DNA of 64,000 nucleotides, taken from the NCBI GenBank assembly GCA_032718475.1, contig JAUCBJ010003608.1:7403-71402 (forward strand), given 5' to 3'. Under the pieces are notes generated by a model. The model was not told the DNA's origin and ran no database searches. It saw only the letters and a program-made list of their open reading frames with translations. Origin of the DNA: Nemertoderma westbladi (taxonomy: Eukaryota; Animalia; Xenacoelomorpha). This document shows, in pieces, positions 25,462 through 40,400 of this stretch. The translations under genes were made by a program, and so were the position numbers. Every line of letters begins with the position of its first letter. Position 1 is the stretch's first letter.

Positions 25462-28400
25462 CTGAAATAAAATAAATGATTAATGTGTAAATAGCGATGT
25501 GTACACTTACAGTAAGTAATATGTGACGTAATTCTGTATAAAACTACTTTACAGTAAGGCGACTTATGGTTGGCCAAATAATCGTCGTAGCGTGTGAGAA
25601 CTCGAATTGATCGCGATCTATAAAGCCGAACCCTGGAAGTGAAATTTTCTGTGGAATTTTCGAAACATTTCGCCACAACTACAGTACTACTACACACACA
25701 GCTACCGTTGTACTACTACACACACAGCTACCGTTGTACTACTACACACACAGCTACCGTTGTACTACTACACACACAGCTACCGTTGTACTACTACACA
25801 CACAGCTACCGTTGTACTACTACACACACAACTACCGTTGTACTACTACACACACAGCTACCGTTGTACTACTACACACACAACTACCATTGTACTACTA
25901 CACACACAGCTACCGTTGTACTACTACACACACAGCTACCGTTGTACTACTACACACACAACTACCGTTGTACTACTACACATACAACTACAGTTGTACT
26001 ACTACACACACAACTACCGTTGTACTACTACACACACAGATACCGTTGTACTACTACACACACAGCTATCGTTGTACTACTACACACACAGCTACCGTTG
26101 TACTACTACACACACAGCTACCGTTGTACTACTACACACACAGCTACCGTTGTACTACTACACACACAACTACAGTACTACTACACACACAACTACCGTT
26201 GTACTACTACACACACAGCTACCGTTGTACTACTACACACACAACTACAGTACTACTACACACACAACTACCGTTGTACTACTACACACACAGCTATCGT
26301 TGTACTACTACACACACAGCTACCGTTGTACTACTACACACACAGCTACCGTTGTACTACTACACACACAGCTACCGTTGTACTACTACACACACAACTA
26401 CAGTACTACTACACATACAACTACCGTTGTACTACTACACACACAGCTACCGTTGTACTACTACACACACAGCTATCGTTGTACTACTACACACACAGCT
26501 ACCGTTGTACTACTACACACACAGCTACCGTTGTACTACTACACACACAGCTACCGTTGTACTACTACACACACAACTACAGTACTACTACACACACAAC
26601 TACCGTTGTACTACTACACACACAGCTACCGTTGTACTACTACACACACAACTACCATTGTACTACTACACACACAGCTACCGTTGTACTACTACACACA
26701 CAGCTACCGTTGTACTACTACACACACAACTACAGTACTACTACACACACAACTACCGTTGTACTACTACACACACAGCTACCGTTGTACTACTACACAC
26801 ACAACTACCGTTGTACTACTACACACACAACTACCGTTGTACTACTACACACACAACTACCGTTGTACTACTACACACACAGCTACCGTTGTACTACTAC
26901 ACACACAACTACAGTACTACTACACAAACAACTACCGTTGTACTACTACACACACAGCTACCGTTGTACTACTACACACACAGCTACCGTTGTACTACTA
27001 CACACACAACTACAGTACTACTACACACACAACTACCGTTGTACTACTACACACACAGCTACCGTTGTACTACTACACACACAACTACCGTTGTACTACT
27101 ACACATACAACTACAGTTGTACTACTACACACACAACTACCGTTGTACTACTACACACACAGCTACCGTTGTACTACTACACACACAGCTACCGTTGTAC
27201 TACTACACACACAGATACCGTTGTACTACTACACACACAGCTACCGTTGTACTACTACACACACAGCTACCGTTGTACTACTACACACACAACTACCGTT
27301 GTACTACTACACACACAACTACCGTTGTACTACTACACACACAACTACCGTTATACTACTACACACACAACTACCGTTGTACTACTACACATACAACTAC
27401 CGTTGTACTACTACACACACAGCTACCGTTGTACTACTACACACACAGCTACCGTTGTACTACTACACACACAACTACCGTTGTACTACTACACACACAA
27501 CTACCGTTGTACTACTACACACACAACTACCGTTGTACTACTACACATACAACTACAGTTGTACTACTACACACACAACTACCGTTGTACTACTACACAT
27601 ACAACTACAGTTGTACTACTACACACACAACTACAGTACTACTACACACACAACTACCGTTGTACTACTACACATACAACACACAACTATAGTACTACTA
27701 CACACACAACTACCGTTGTACTACTACACACACAGCTACCGTTGTACTACTACACACACAGCTACCGTTGTACTACTACACACACAACTACCGTTGTACT
27801 ACTACACACACAACTACAGTACTACTACACACACAGCTACCGTTGTACTACTACACACACAACTACCGTTGTACTACTACACACACAACTACCGTTGTAC
27901 TACTACACACACAACTACCGTTGTACTACTACACACACAACTACAGTTGTACTACTACACACACAACTACCGTTGTACTACTACACACACAACTACCGTT
28001 GTACTACTACACACACAACTACAGTTGTACTACTACACACACAACTACCGTTGTACTACTACACACACAACTACAGTACTACTACACACACAACTACCGT
28101 TGTACTACTACACACACAACTACAGTACTACTACACACACAGCTACAGTTCTACTACTACACACACAGCTACCGTTGTACTACTACACACACAACTACAG
28201 TTGTACTACTACACACACAACTACCGTTGTACTACTACACACACAACTACCGTTGTACTACTACACACACAACTACCGTTGTACTACTACACACACAACA
28301 ACAGTTGTACTACTACACACACAACTACCGTTGTACTACTACACACACAACTACCGTTGTACTACTACACACACAACTACAGTTGTACTACTACACACAC

Positions 28401-31400
28401 AACTACAGTTGCACTACTACACACACAACTACCGTTGTACTACTACACACACAACTACCGTTGTACTACTACACACACAACTACCGTTGTACTACTACAC
28501 ACACAGTTACCGTTGTACTACTACACACACAGCTACCGTTGTACTACTACACACACAACTACCGTTGTACTACTACACATACAACTACCGTTGTACTACT
28601 ACACATACAACTACAGTTGTACTACTACACACACAACTACCGTTGTACTACTACACACACAGCTACCGTTGTACTACTACACACACAACTACCGTTGTAC
28701 TACTACACACACAACTACAGTACTACTACACACACAGCTACCGTTGTACTACTACACACACAACTACCGTTGTACTACTACACACACAACTACCGTTGTA
28801 CTACTACACACACAACTACCGTTGTACTACTACACACACAACTACCGTTGTACTACTACACACACAACTACCGTTGTACTACTACACACACAGCTACCGT
28901 TGTACTACTACACACACAGCTACCGTTGTACTACTACACACACAGCTACCGTTGTACTACTACACACACAGCTACCGTTGTACTACTACACACACAACTA
29001 CCGTTGTACTACTACACACACAGCTACCGTTGTACTACTACACACACAACTACCGTTGTACTACTACACACACAACTACCGTTGTACTACTACACACACA
29101 GCTACCGTTGTACTACTACACACACAGCTACCGTTGTACTACTACACACACAGCTACCGTTGTACTACTACACACACAGCTACCGTTGTACTACTACACA
29201 CACAGCTACCGTTGTACTACTACACACACAACTACCGTTGTACTACTACACACACAGCTACCGTTGTACTACTACACACACAGCTACCGTTGTACTACTA
29301 CACACACAACTACCGTTGTACTACTACACACACAGCTACCGTTGTACTACTACACACACAGCTACCGTTGTACTACTACACACACAACTACCGTTGTACT
29401 ACTACACACACACAGCTACCGTTGTACTACTACACACACAACTACCGTTGTACTACAACACACACAACTACCGTTGTACTACTACACACACAACTACCGT
29501 TGTACTACTACACACACAACTACCGTTGTACTACTACACAAACAGCTACCGTTGTACTACTACACACACAGCTACCGTTGTACTACTACACACACAACTA
29601 CCGTTGTACTACTACACACACAACTACGGTTGTACTACTACACACACAACTACCGTTGTACTACTACACACACAACTACAGTACTACTACACACACAACT
29701 ACCGTTGTACTACTACACACACAACTACAGTACTACTACACACACAGCTACAGTTCTACTACTACACACACAGCTACCGTTGTACTACTACACACACAAC
29801 TACCGTTGTACTACTACACACACAACTACCGTTGTACTACTACACACACAACTACCGTTGTACTACTACACACACAACTACCGTTGTACTACTACACACA
29901 CAACTACCGTTGTACTACTACACACACAGCTACCGTTGTACTACTACACACACAGCTACCGTTGTACTACTACACACACAACTACCGTTGTACTACTACA
30001 CACACAACTACCGTTGTACTACTACACACACAACTACCGTTGTACTACTACACACACAACTACCGTTGTACTACTACACACACAACTACCGTTGTACTAC
30101 TACACACACAACTACCGTTGTACTACTACACACACAACTACCGTTGTACTACTACACACACAACTACCGTTGTACTACTACACAGACACACACAGCTACC
30201 GTTGTACTACTACACACACAACTACAGTTGTACTACTACACACACAACTACCGTTGTACTACTACACACACAACTACCGTTGTACTACTACACACACAAC
30301 TACAGTACTACTACAAACACAGCTACCGTTGTACTACTACACACACAGCTACCGGTGTACTACTACACACACAACTACCGTTGTACTACTACACACACAA
30401 CTACCGTTGTACTACTACACAGACACACACAGCTACCGTTGTACTACTACACACACAACTACAGTTGTACTACTACACACACAACTACCGTTGTACTACT
30501 ACACACACAACTACCGTTGTACTACTACACACACAACTACAGTACTACTACACACACAGCTACCGTTGTACTACTACACACACAGCTACCGGTGTACTAC
30601 TACACACACAACTACCGTTGTACTACTACACACACAACTACCGTTGTACTACTACACACACAACTACCGTTGTACTACTACACACACAGCTACCGTTGTA
30701 CTACTACACACACAGTTACCGTTGTACTACTACACACACAGCTACCGTTGTACTACTACACACACAACTACCGTTGTACTACTACACATACAACTACCGT
30801 TGTACTACTACACATACAACTACAGTTGTACTACTACACACACAACTACCGTTGTACTACTACACACACAGCTACCGTTGTACTACTACACACACAACTA
30901 CCGTTGTACTACTACACACACAGCTACCGTTGTACTACTACACACACAGCTACCGTTGTACTACTACACACACAACTACCGTTGTACTACTACACACACA
31001 GCTACCGTTGTACTACTACACACACAACTACCGTTGTACTACTACACACACAACTACCGTTGTACTACTACACACACAGCTACCGTTGTACTACTACACA
31101 CACAGCTACCGTTGTACTACTACACACACAGCTACCGTTGTACTACTACACACACAGCTACCGTTGTACTACTACACACACAGCTACCGTTGTACTACTA
31201 CACACACAACTACCGTTGTACTACTACACACACAGCTACCGATGTACTACTACACACACAGCTACCGTTGTACTACTACACACACAACTACCGTTGTACT
31301 ACTACACACACAGCTACCGTTGTACTACTACACACACAACTACCGTTGTACTACTACACACACAACTACCGTTGTACTACTACACACACAACTACAGTAC

Positions 31401-34400
31401 TACTACACACACAACTACCGTTGTACTACTACACACACAACTACCGTTGTACTACTACACACACAACTACAGTTGTACTACTACACACACAACTACCGTT
31501 GTACTACTACACACACAACTACCGTTGTACTACTACACACACAACTACAGTACTACTACACACACAACTACCGTTGTACTACTACACACACAACTACCGT
31601 TGTACTACTACACACACAACTACCGTTGTACTACTACACACACAACTACAGTACTACTACACACACAACTACCGTTGTACTACTACACACACAACTACCG
31701 TTGTACTACTACACACACAACTACCGTTGTACTACTACACACACAACTACCGTTGTACTACTACACACACAACTACAGTTGTACTACTACACACACAACT
31801 ACCGTTGTACTACTACACACACAACTACCGTTGTACTACTACACACACAACTACAGTACTACTACACACACAACTACCGTTGTACTACTACACACACAAC
31901 TACCGTTGTACTACTACACACACAACTACCGTTGTACTACTACACACACAACTACAGTACTACTACACACACAGCTACCGTTGTACTACTACACACACAG
32001 CTATCGTTGTACTACTACACACACAACTACCGTTGTACTACTACACACACAACTACCGTTGTACTACTACACACACAGGACACACACAAATAAAAATTTA
32101 ACAAATTGTACATTCAGACATTGAGCGGGACAGCGGAATGAAAATGCGTTTCGACCTGAACAACTAAACTGAAAGGCTCACTCTACATTGGTAATAGGCG
32201 AATCAATCTAGCCGAAAAAGGGGGTCAACCCATAACAAATTCGCAATTCATCCAAACCAATTTTTTTTTATTCTACATTGCCTTGTTAATACCTCCAAAA
32301 AAGTCTATAAAAATATATTATGCGGATCACTTTCAATTTCCTGGTTCTTTCCTTAGCAACATGGATTTTACATAGCAACAAGGGGTCTATTGGTGGGATT
32401 TTCTCCAAATTTTGAAAAGACGAACTTTACTCTTGACTATCGATTGACTGAACTATGCACTGCTGCATAGTTACCCATTTAGTTTCCAGAGCAACGGAAA
32501 TTTGTCTAATAATTTAACCATTTTTAATACCAATTTTGCTGGTACAATATAAGGACCTTATTTACACAACTTCTCTACTAAACGGGTGGATGTAACCTCG
32601 CCCATCGGATTTATCGACCTCAAAAACCCTTATCCCAAAAAAATTTATTTGTTATATGATAAACTATTGTGGTTTTTAAACTAAAACAAATAGATAAATT
32701 ACACCTAAAATAATAAATCAATCACAATTTTATTATGTGAAAAGTCTTCGCTAACATTAATGGAAATTATGAGACTTCTAGTTTCCGAGATATAACAATT
32801 AATGTGTAACACGCCAGTATAAATATTACTAATTTCCCATTGAATCACAGCTTATTGTGAAATTAATTAAATTATTCTGGAACATTACTAATTTGCTACT
32901 TACTTTTCCCTACTGTTCCTTTTGTTTGGCTTGTGTTATGCAAATTTAGGTAGAATTTCCATGAATAAACATATGATCCACAAAATAAAATTTTACGGAC
33001 TTTTTGTGGTCATTAATAAGGTAATATAAAATCCAAAATGTGTGGTTCGGATTGATTGCGAAATACTTATGGTTTTTTTGCTAGATTGATTTGACTATTA
33101 ATTAATTGTTAGGAAGTGTAAACCATGGAAACGAGACAACGAAGTTACATCGCTCTCAACATTATTATACACATGCTTGGTAAAGATTTCGACATATTAT
33201 TTTCCTAACAAGTCGTATCTCTGAGTGGGAAATGGAGGGGAAGGAAGACCGTATGGATGGGATAGGCGATGTATTTATAAACTTTATAAATTACCTTATG
33301 CTCCGAGCGTTTGAACGGTTCTATGGTTTGTTTATCTCCACCTGAGTTCCCTGTATTCTTTGACGAGACTTTCGCGTTGCTAATATTTGCGTCTAACCGA
33401 ACTGCCATCTTCTCAACCTGGATAAATGAATAATAAATCAATTTGCAGAAAAGATACAATAACCCAAGCATTGACCTATGCGATGACCTATTGACCTATG
33501 CGATGACCTATTGACCTATGCGATGACCTATTGACCTATGCGATGACCTATTGACCTATGCGATGACCTATTGACTTATGCGATGACCTATTGACCTATG
33601 CGATGACCTATTGACCTATGCGATGACCTATTGACCTATGCGATGACCTATTGACCTATGCGATGACCTATTGACCTATGCGATGACCTATTGACCTATG
33701 CGATGACCTATTGACCTATGCGACGACCTATTGACATATGCGACGACCTATTGACATATGCGACGACCTATTGACCTATGCGATAACCTATTACGTTCAC
33801 CTAAACTCACTTAACTACTTTCTTACCTTTGATGATTTCAATTTAGCGATGCATTTATAACAATACCAAACGAAGCGCGGGTCTGATACATCTTTGTCTG
33901 CGATCTCTGGCTGGTGGCACTTCTGGTGGTACAGTCTGTGGCAGTCCTGGCACTCAACTATACGTCGCCCAACTCTCTGGTCCAATGATCTGGAAAAAAA
34001 ACCCAAAATATATAAAACAAGAAAAACTCGCCTGTAAAACACAAATAAATACAATAAAAATTTTCGACAATTTATTATCTAAATCTATTCAGTCAGTATT
34101 GTGAATGTTTACCGTCCGTACCAATATATAGTTTAAAGATTAAGCCTCTCCATAACTCCTGTAGAACAATGACATTATATTATGCATAACTTTATATATA
34201 TACCAATGACGTGACTTTTTGCAACAGTTGAGATTTTAGAATTCAATATGCGTCAGATGAGATTGCAGTGCTGTGAGTGTTGCTACAGTGGATGGATGGA
34301 TACGGCAGGATACGGCATGTTCTACGTTCCTTTTACCGAATTTAGACAATTTTTTTCATATAACATAATAATTGGCTTACCCGCACACTACACACGTGAG

Positions 34401-37400
34401 TGACGTCACCATTTCATCCAAACTCGATGGAGTGGCTGGAATATCCTCATCTGATTCGATGTAGCTCCCCCTAGCGGTGTCGTCCAACTCAATAATGTCG
34501 TCACTTTCCGAGTTCTATAATAACAATTTTTTATGAATTTATATAAAATCGAAAAATGAAAGGGGCTCATTAAAACACCAAAGAATAACCATAATATAAT
34601 CGGTCGGTATAGTCGGTCTAATAGAACCCAATCGAACTAATAGAACCTAATCGAACTAATAGAACCCAATCTAACTAACCTGTATTTGTGTCTGTCGGTC
34701 TAATATAACCCAATCTAACTAATAGAACCCAATCTAACTAATAGAACCCAATCTAACTAATAGAACCCAATCTAACTAATAGAACCCAATCTAACTAATA
34801 GAACCCAATCTAACTAATAGAACCCAATCTAACTAATAGAACCCAATCTAACTAACCTGTATTTGTGTCTATCGGTCTAATAGAACCCAATCTAACAAAT
34901 AGAACCCAAATCTAACTAATCTGTATTTGTGTCTGTCAGTCTAAGAGAACCCAATCTAACTACCCGGTATTTGTGTCTGTCGGTCTAATAGAACCCAATC
35001 TAACTAATAGAAACCAATCTAACTAACCTGTATTTGTGTCTCTCTGTCTAATAGAACCCAATCTAACTAACCTGTATTTGTTTCTGTCTGTCGGTCTAAT
35101 AGAACCCAATCTAACTAATAAAATCCAATCTAACTACTAGAACCCAATCTAACTAATAGAACCCAATCTAAGTAATAGAACCCAATCTAACTAACCTGTA
35201 TTTGTGTCTGTCGGTCTTATAGAACCCAATCTAACTAATAGAACCCAATCTAACTAATAGAACCCAATCTAATTAATAGAACCCAATCTAACTAACCTGT
35301 ATTTGTGTCTGTCTGTCTAATATAACCCAATCTAACTAACATGTATTTGTGTCCGCCGGTCTAATAGAACCCAATCTAACTAATATAACCCAATCTAACT
35401 AATAGAACCCAATCGAACTAACCTGTATTTGTGTCTGTATGTCTAATAGAACCCAATCTAACTAATAAAACCCAATCTAACTAACCTGTATTTGTGTCCG
35501 TCGGTCTAATAGAACCCAATCTAACTAACCTGTATAGTGTATTTGTTTCTGTCGGTCTAATAAAACCCAATCTAACTAACCTGTATTTGTGTCCGTTGGT
35601 CTAATAGAACCCAATCTAACTAATAGAACCCAATCAAACTAACCTGTATTTGTGTCTGTCGGTCTAATAGAACCCAATCTAACTAATAGAACCCAATCTA
35701 ACTAATAGAACCCAATCAAACTAACTTGAATTTGTGTCTGTCTGTCGGTCTAATAGAACCCAATCTAACTAACCTGTATTTGTGTCTGTCGGTCTAATAG
35801 AACCCAATCTAACTAATAGAACCAAATCTAACTAATAGAACCCCATCTAACTAATACAACCCAATCTAACTAATACAACCCAATCTAACTAATAGAACCC
35901 AATCTAACTAATAGAACCCAATCTAACTAATAGAACCCAATCTAACTAATAAAACCCAATCTAACTAATAGAACCCAATCAAACTAACCTGTATTTGTGT
36001 CCGTCGGTCTAATATAACCCAATCTAACTAATAGAACCCAATCTAACTAATAGAACCCAATCTAACTAACCTGTATTTGTGTCTGTCGGTCTAATAGAAC
36101 CCAATCTAACTAATAGAACCCAATCTAACTAACCTGTATTTGTGTCTGTCGGTCTAATAGAACCCAATCTAACTAATAGAATCCAATCAAACTAATAGAA
36201 CCCAATCTAACTAATAGAACCAAATCTAACTAATAGAACCCATTCTAACTAATAGAACCCAATCTAACTAATAGAACCCAATCTAACTAATATAACCCAA
36301 TCTAACTAATACAACCCAATCTAACTAATATAACCCAATCTAACTAATAGAACCCAATCTAACTAATAGAACCCAATCTAACTAATAGAACCCAATCTAA
36401 CTAATAGAACCCAATCTAACTAATAGAACCCAATCTAACTAATAGAACCCAATCTAACTAATAGAACCCAATCTAACTAATAAAACCCAATCTAACTAAT
36501 AGAACCCAATCAAACTAACCTGTATTTGTGTCTGTCGGTCTAATAGAACTCAATCTAACTAATAGAACCCAATCTAACTAACCTGTATTTGTGTCTGTCG
36601 GTCTAATAGTAATAGAACCCAATCTAACTAATAGAACCCAATCTAACTAACCTGTATTTGTGCTGTCGGTCTAATAGAACCCAATCTAACTAATAGAACC
36701 CAATCAAACTAATATAACCCAATCTAACTAATAGAACCAAATCTAACTAATAGAACCCATTATAACTAATAGAACCCAATCTAACTAATAGAACCCAATC
36801 TAACTAATAGAACCCAATCTAACTAATAGAACCCAATCTAACTAATAAAACCCAATCTAACTAATAGAACCCAATCAAACTAACCTGTATTTGTGTCTGT
36901 CGGTCTAATAGAACTCAATCTAACTAATAGAACCAAATCAAACTAATAGAACCCAATCTAACTAATAGAACCCAATCTAACTAATTGAACACATATCTAA
37001 CTATCCTGTATTTGTGTCTGTCGGTCTAATAGAACCCAATCTAACTAATAGAACCCAATCTAACTAACCTGTATTTGTGTCTGTCGGTCTAATAGAACCC
37101 AATCTAACTAATAGAACCCAATCAAACTAATAGAACCCAATCTAACTAATAGAACCAAATCTAACTAATAGAACCCATTCTAACTAATAGAACCCAATCT
37201 AACTAATAGAACCCAATCTAACTAATAGAACCCAATCTAACTAATAGAACCCAATCTAACTAATAAAACCCAATCTAACTAATAGAACCCAATCAAACTA
37301 ACCTGTATTTGTGTCTGTCGGTCTAATAGAACTCAATCTAACTAATAGAACCCAATCTAACTAATAGAACCCAATCTAACTAACAGAACCCAATCTAACT

Positions 37401-40400
37401 AATATAACCCAATCTAACTAATAGAACCCAATCTAACTAACCTGTATTTGTTTCTGTCGGTCTAATAGAACCCAATCTAACTAATAGAACCCAATCTAAC
37501 TAATAGAACCCAATCTAACTAATAGAACCCAATCTAACTGTGTCTGTCGGTCTAATATAACCCAATCTAACTAATAGAACCCAATCTAACTAACCTGTAT
37601 TTGTTTCTGTCGGTCCAATAGAACCCAAAGTAACTAATAGAACCCAATCTAACTAATAGAACCCAATCTAACTAATATAACCCAATCTAACTAATATAAC
37701 CCAATCTAACTAACCTGTATTTGTCTCTGTTGGTCTAATAGAACCCAATCTAACTAACCTGTATTTGTGTCTGTCAGTCTAATATAACCCAATCTAACTA
37801 ATAGAACCCAATCGAACTAACCTGTATTTGTTTCTGTCGGTCTATTAGAACCCAATCTAACTAACCTGTATTTGTCTCTGTTGGTCTAATAGAACCCAAT
37901 CTAACTAACCTGTATTTGTGTCTGTCGGTCTAATAGAACCCAATCTAACTAATAGAACCCAATCTAACTAATAGAACCCAATCTAACTAACCTGTATTTG
38001 TGTCTGTCGGTCTAATAGAACCCAATCTAACTAATAGAACCCAATCTAACTAACCTGTATTTGTGTCTGTCGGTCTAATAGAACCCAATCTAACTAACCT
38101 GTATTTGTGTCTGTCGGTCTAATAGAACCCAATCTAACTAATAGAACCCAATCTAACTAATAGAACCCAATCAAACTAACCTGTATTTGTGTCTGTCGCT
38201 CTAATAGAACCCAATCTAACTAATAGAACCCAATCTAACTAATAGAACCCAATCTAACTAATAGAACCCAATCTAACTAATAGAACCCAATCTAACTAAT
38301 AGAACCCAATCTAACTAATAGAACCCAATCTAACTAATAGAACCCAATCTAACTAATAGAACCTAATCTAACTAATAGAACCCAATCTAACTAATAGAAC
38401 CTAATCTAACTAATAGAACCCAATCTAACTAATAGAACCCAATCTAACTAATAGAACCCAATCTAACTAATAGAACCCAATCTAACTAACCTGTATTTGT
38501 TTCTGTCGGTCTAATAGAACCCAATCTAACTAACCTGTATTTGTGTCTGTCGGTCTAATAGAACCCAATCTAACTAATAGAACCCAATCTAACTAATAGA
38601 ACCCAATCTAACTAATAGAACCCAATCTAACTAACCTGTATTTGTGTCTATCGGTCTAATAGAACCCAATCTAACTAATAGAACCCAATCTAACTAATAG
38701 AACCCAATCTAACTAATAGAACCCAATCTAACTAATAGAACCCAATCTAACTAATAGAACCCAATCTAACTAATAGAACCCAATCTAACTAATAGAACCC
38801 AATCTAACTAATAGAACCCAATCTAACTAATATAACCCAATCTAACTAACCTGTATTTGTGTCTGTCGGTCTAATAGAACCCAATCTAACTAATAGAACC
38901 CAATCTAACTAATAGAACCCAATCTAACTAATAGAACCCAATCTAACTAATAGAACCCAATCTAACTAATAGAACCCAATCTAACTAATAGAACCCAATC
39001 TAACTAATAGAACCCAATCTAACTAATAGAACCCAATCTAACTAATAGAACCCAATCTAACTAATAGAACCCAATCTAACTAATAGAACCCAATCTAACT
39101 AATAGAACCCAATCTAACTAATAGAACCCAATCTAACTAATAGAACCCAATCTAACTAATAGAACCCAATCTAACTAATAGAACCCAATCTAACTAATAG
39201 AACCCAATCTAACTAATAGAACCCAATCTAACTCACCTGTATTTGTGTCTGTCGGTCTAATATAACCCAATCTAACTAATAGAACCCAATCTAACTCACC
39301 TGTATTTGTGTCTGTCGGTCTAATATAACCCAATCTAACTAATAGAACCCAATCTAACTAATAGAACCCAATCTAACTAATAGAACCCAATCTAACTAAT
39401 AGAACCCAATCTAACTAATAGAACCCAATCTAACTAATAGAACCCAATCTAACTAATAGAACCCAATCTAACTCACCTGTATTTGTGTCTGTCGGTCTAA
39501 TATAACCCAATCTAACTAATAGAACCCAATCTAACTAATAGAACCCAATCTAACTAATAGAACCCAATCTAACTAATAGAACCCAATCTAACTCACCTGT
39601 ATTTGTGTCTGTCGGTCTAATATAACCCAATCTAACTAATAGAACCCAATCTAACTAATAGAACCCAATCTAACTAATAGAACCCAATCTAACTAATAGA
39701 ACCCAATCTAACTAATAGAACCCAATCTAACTAATAGAACCCAATCTAACTAATAGAACCCAATCTAACTAATAGAACCCAATCTAACTAATAGAACCCA
39801 ATCTAACTAATAGAACCCAATCTAACTAATAGAACCCAATCTAACTAATAGAACCCAATCTAACTAATAGAACCCAATCTAACTAATAGAACCCAATCTA
39901 ACTAATAGAACCCAATCTAACTAATAGAACCCAATCTAACTAATAGAACCCAATCTAACTAATAGAACCCAATCTAACTAATAGAACCCAATCTAACTAA
40001 TAGAACCCAATCTAACTAATAGAACCCAATCTAACTAATAGAACCCAATCTAACTAATAGAACCCAATCTAACTAATAGAACCCAATCTAACTAATAGAA
40101 CCCAATCTAACTAATAGAACCCAATCTAACTAATAGAACCCAATCTAACTAATATAACCCAATCTAACTAACCTGTATTTGTGTCTGTCGGTCTAATAGA
40201 ACCCAATCTAACTAATAGAACCCAATCTAACTAATAGAACCCAATCTAACTAATAGAACCCAATCTAACTAATAGAACCCAATCTAACTAATAGAACCCA
40301 ATCTAACTAATAGAACCCAATCTAACTAATAGAACCCAATCTAACTAATAGAACCCAATCTAACTAATAGAACCCAATCTAACTAATAGAACCCAATCTA

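Noticed and set aside
25639-32124. ORFs up to 2161 aa (YYYTH/TTTHT repeats)
   Set aside because: Translation of a stop-free 26-bp satellite strand, antisense within an INTS12 intron; the same peptide appears in all frames.
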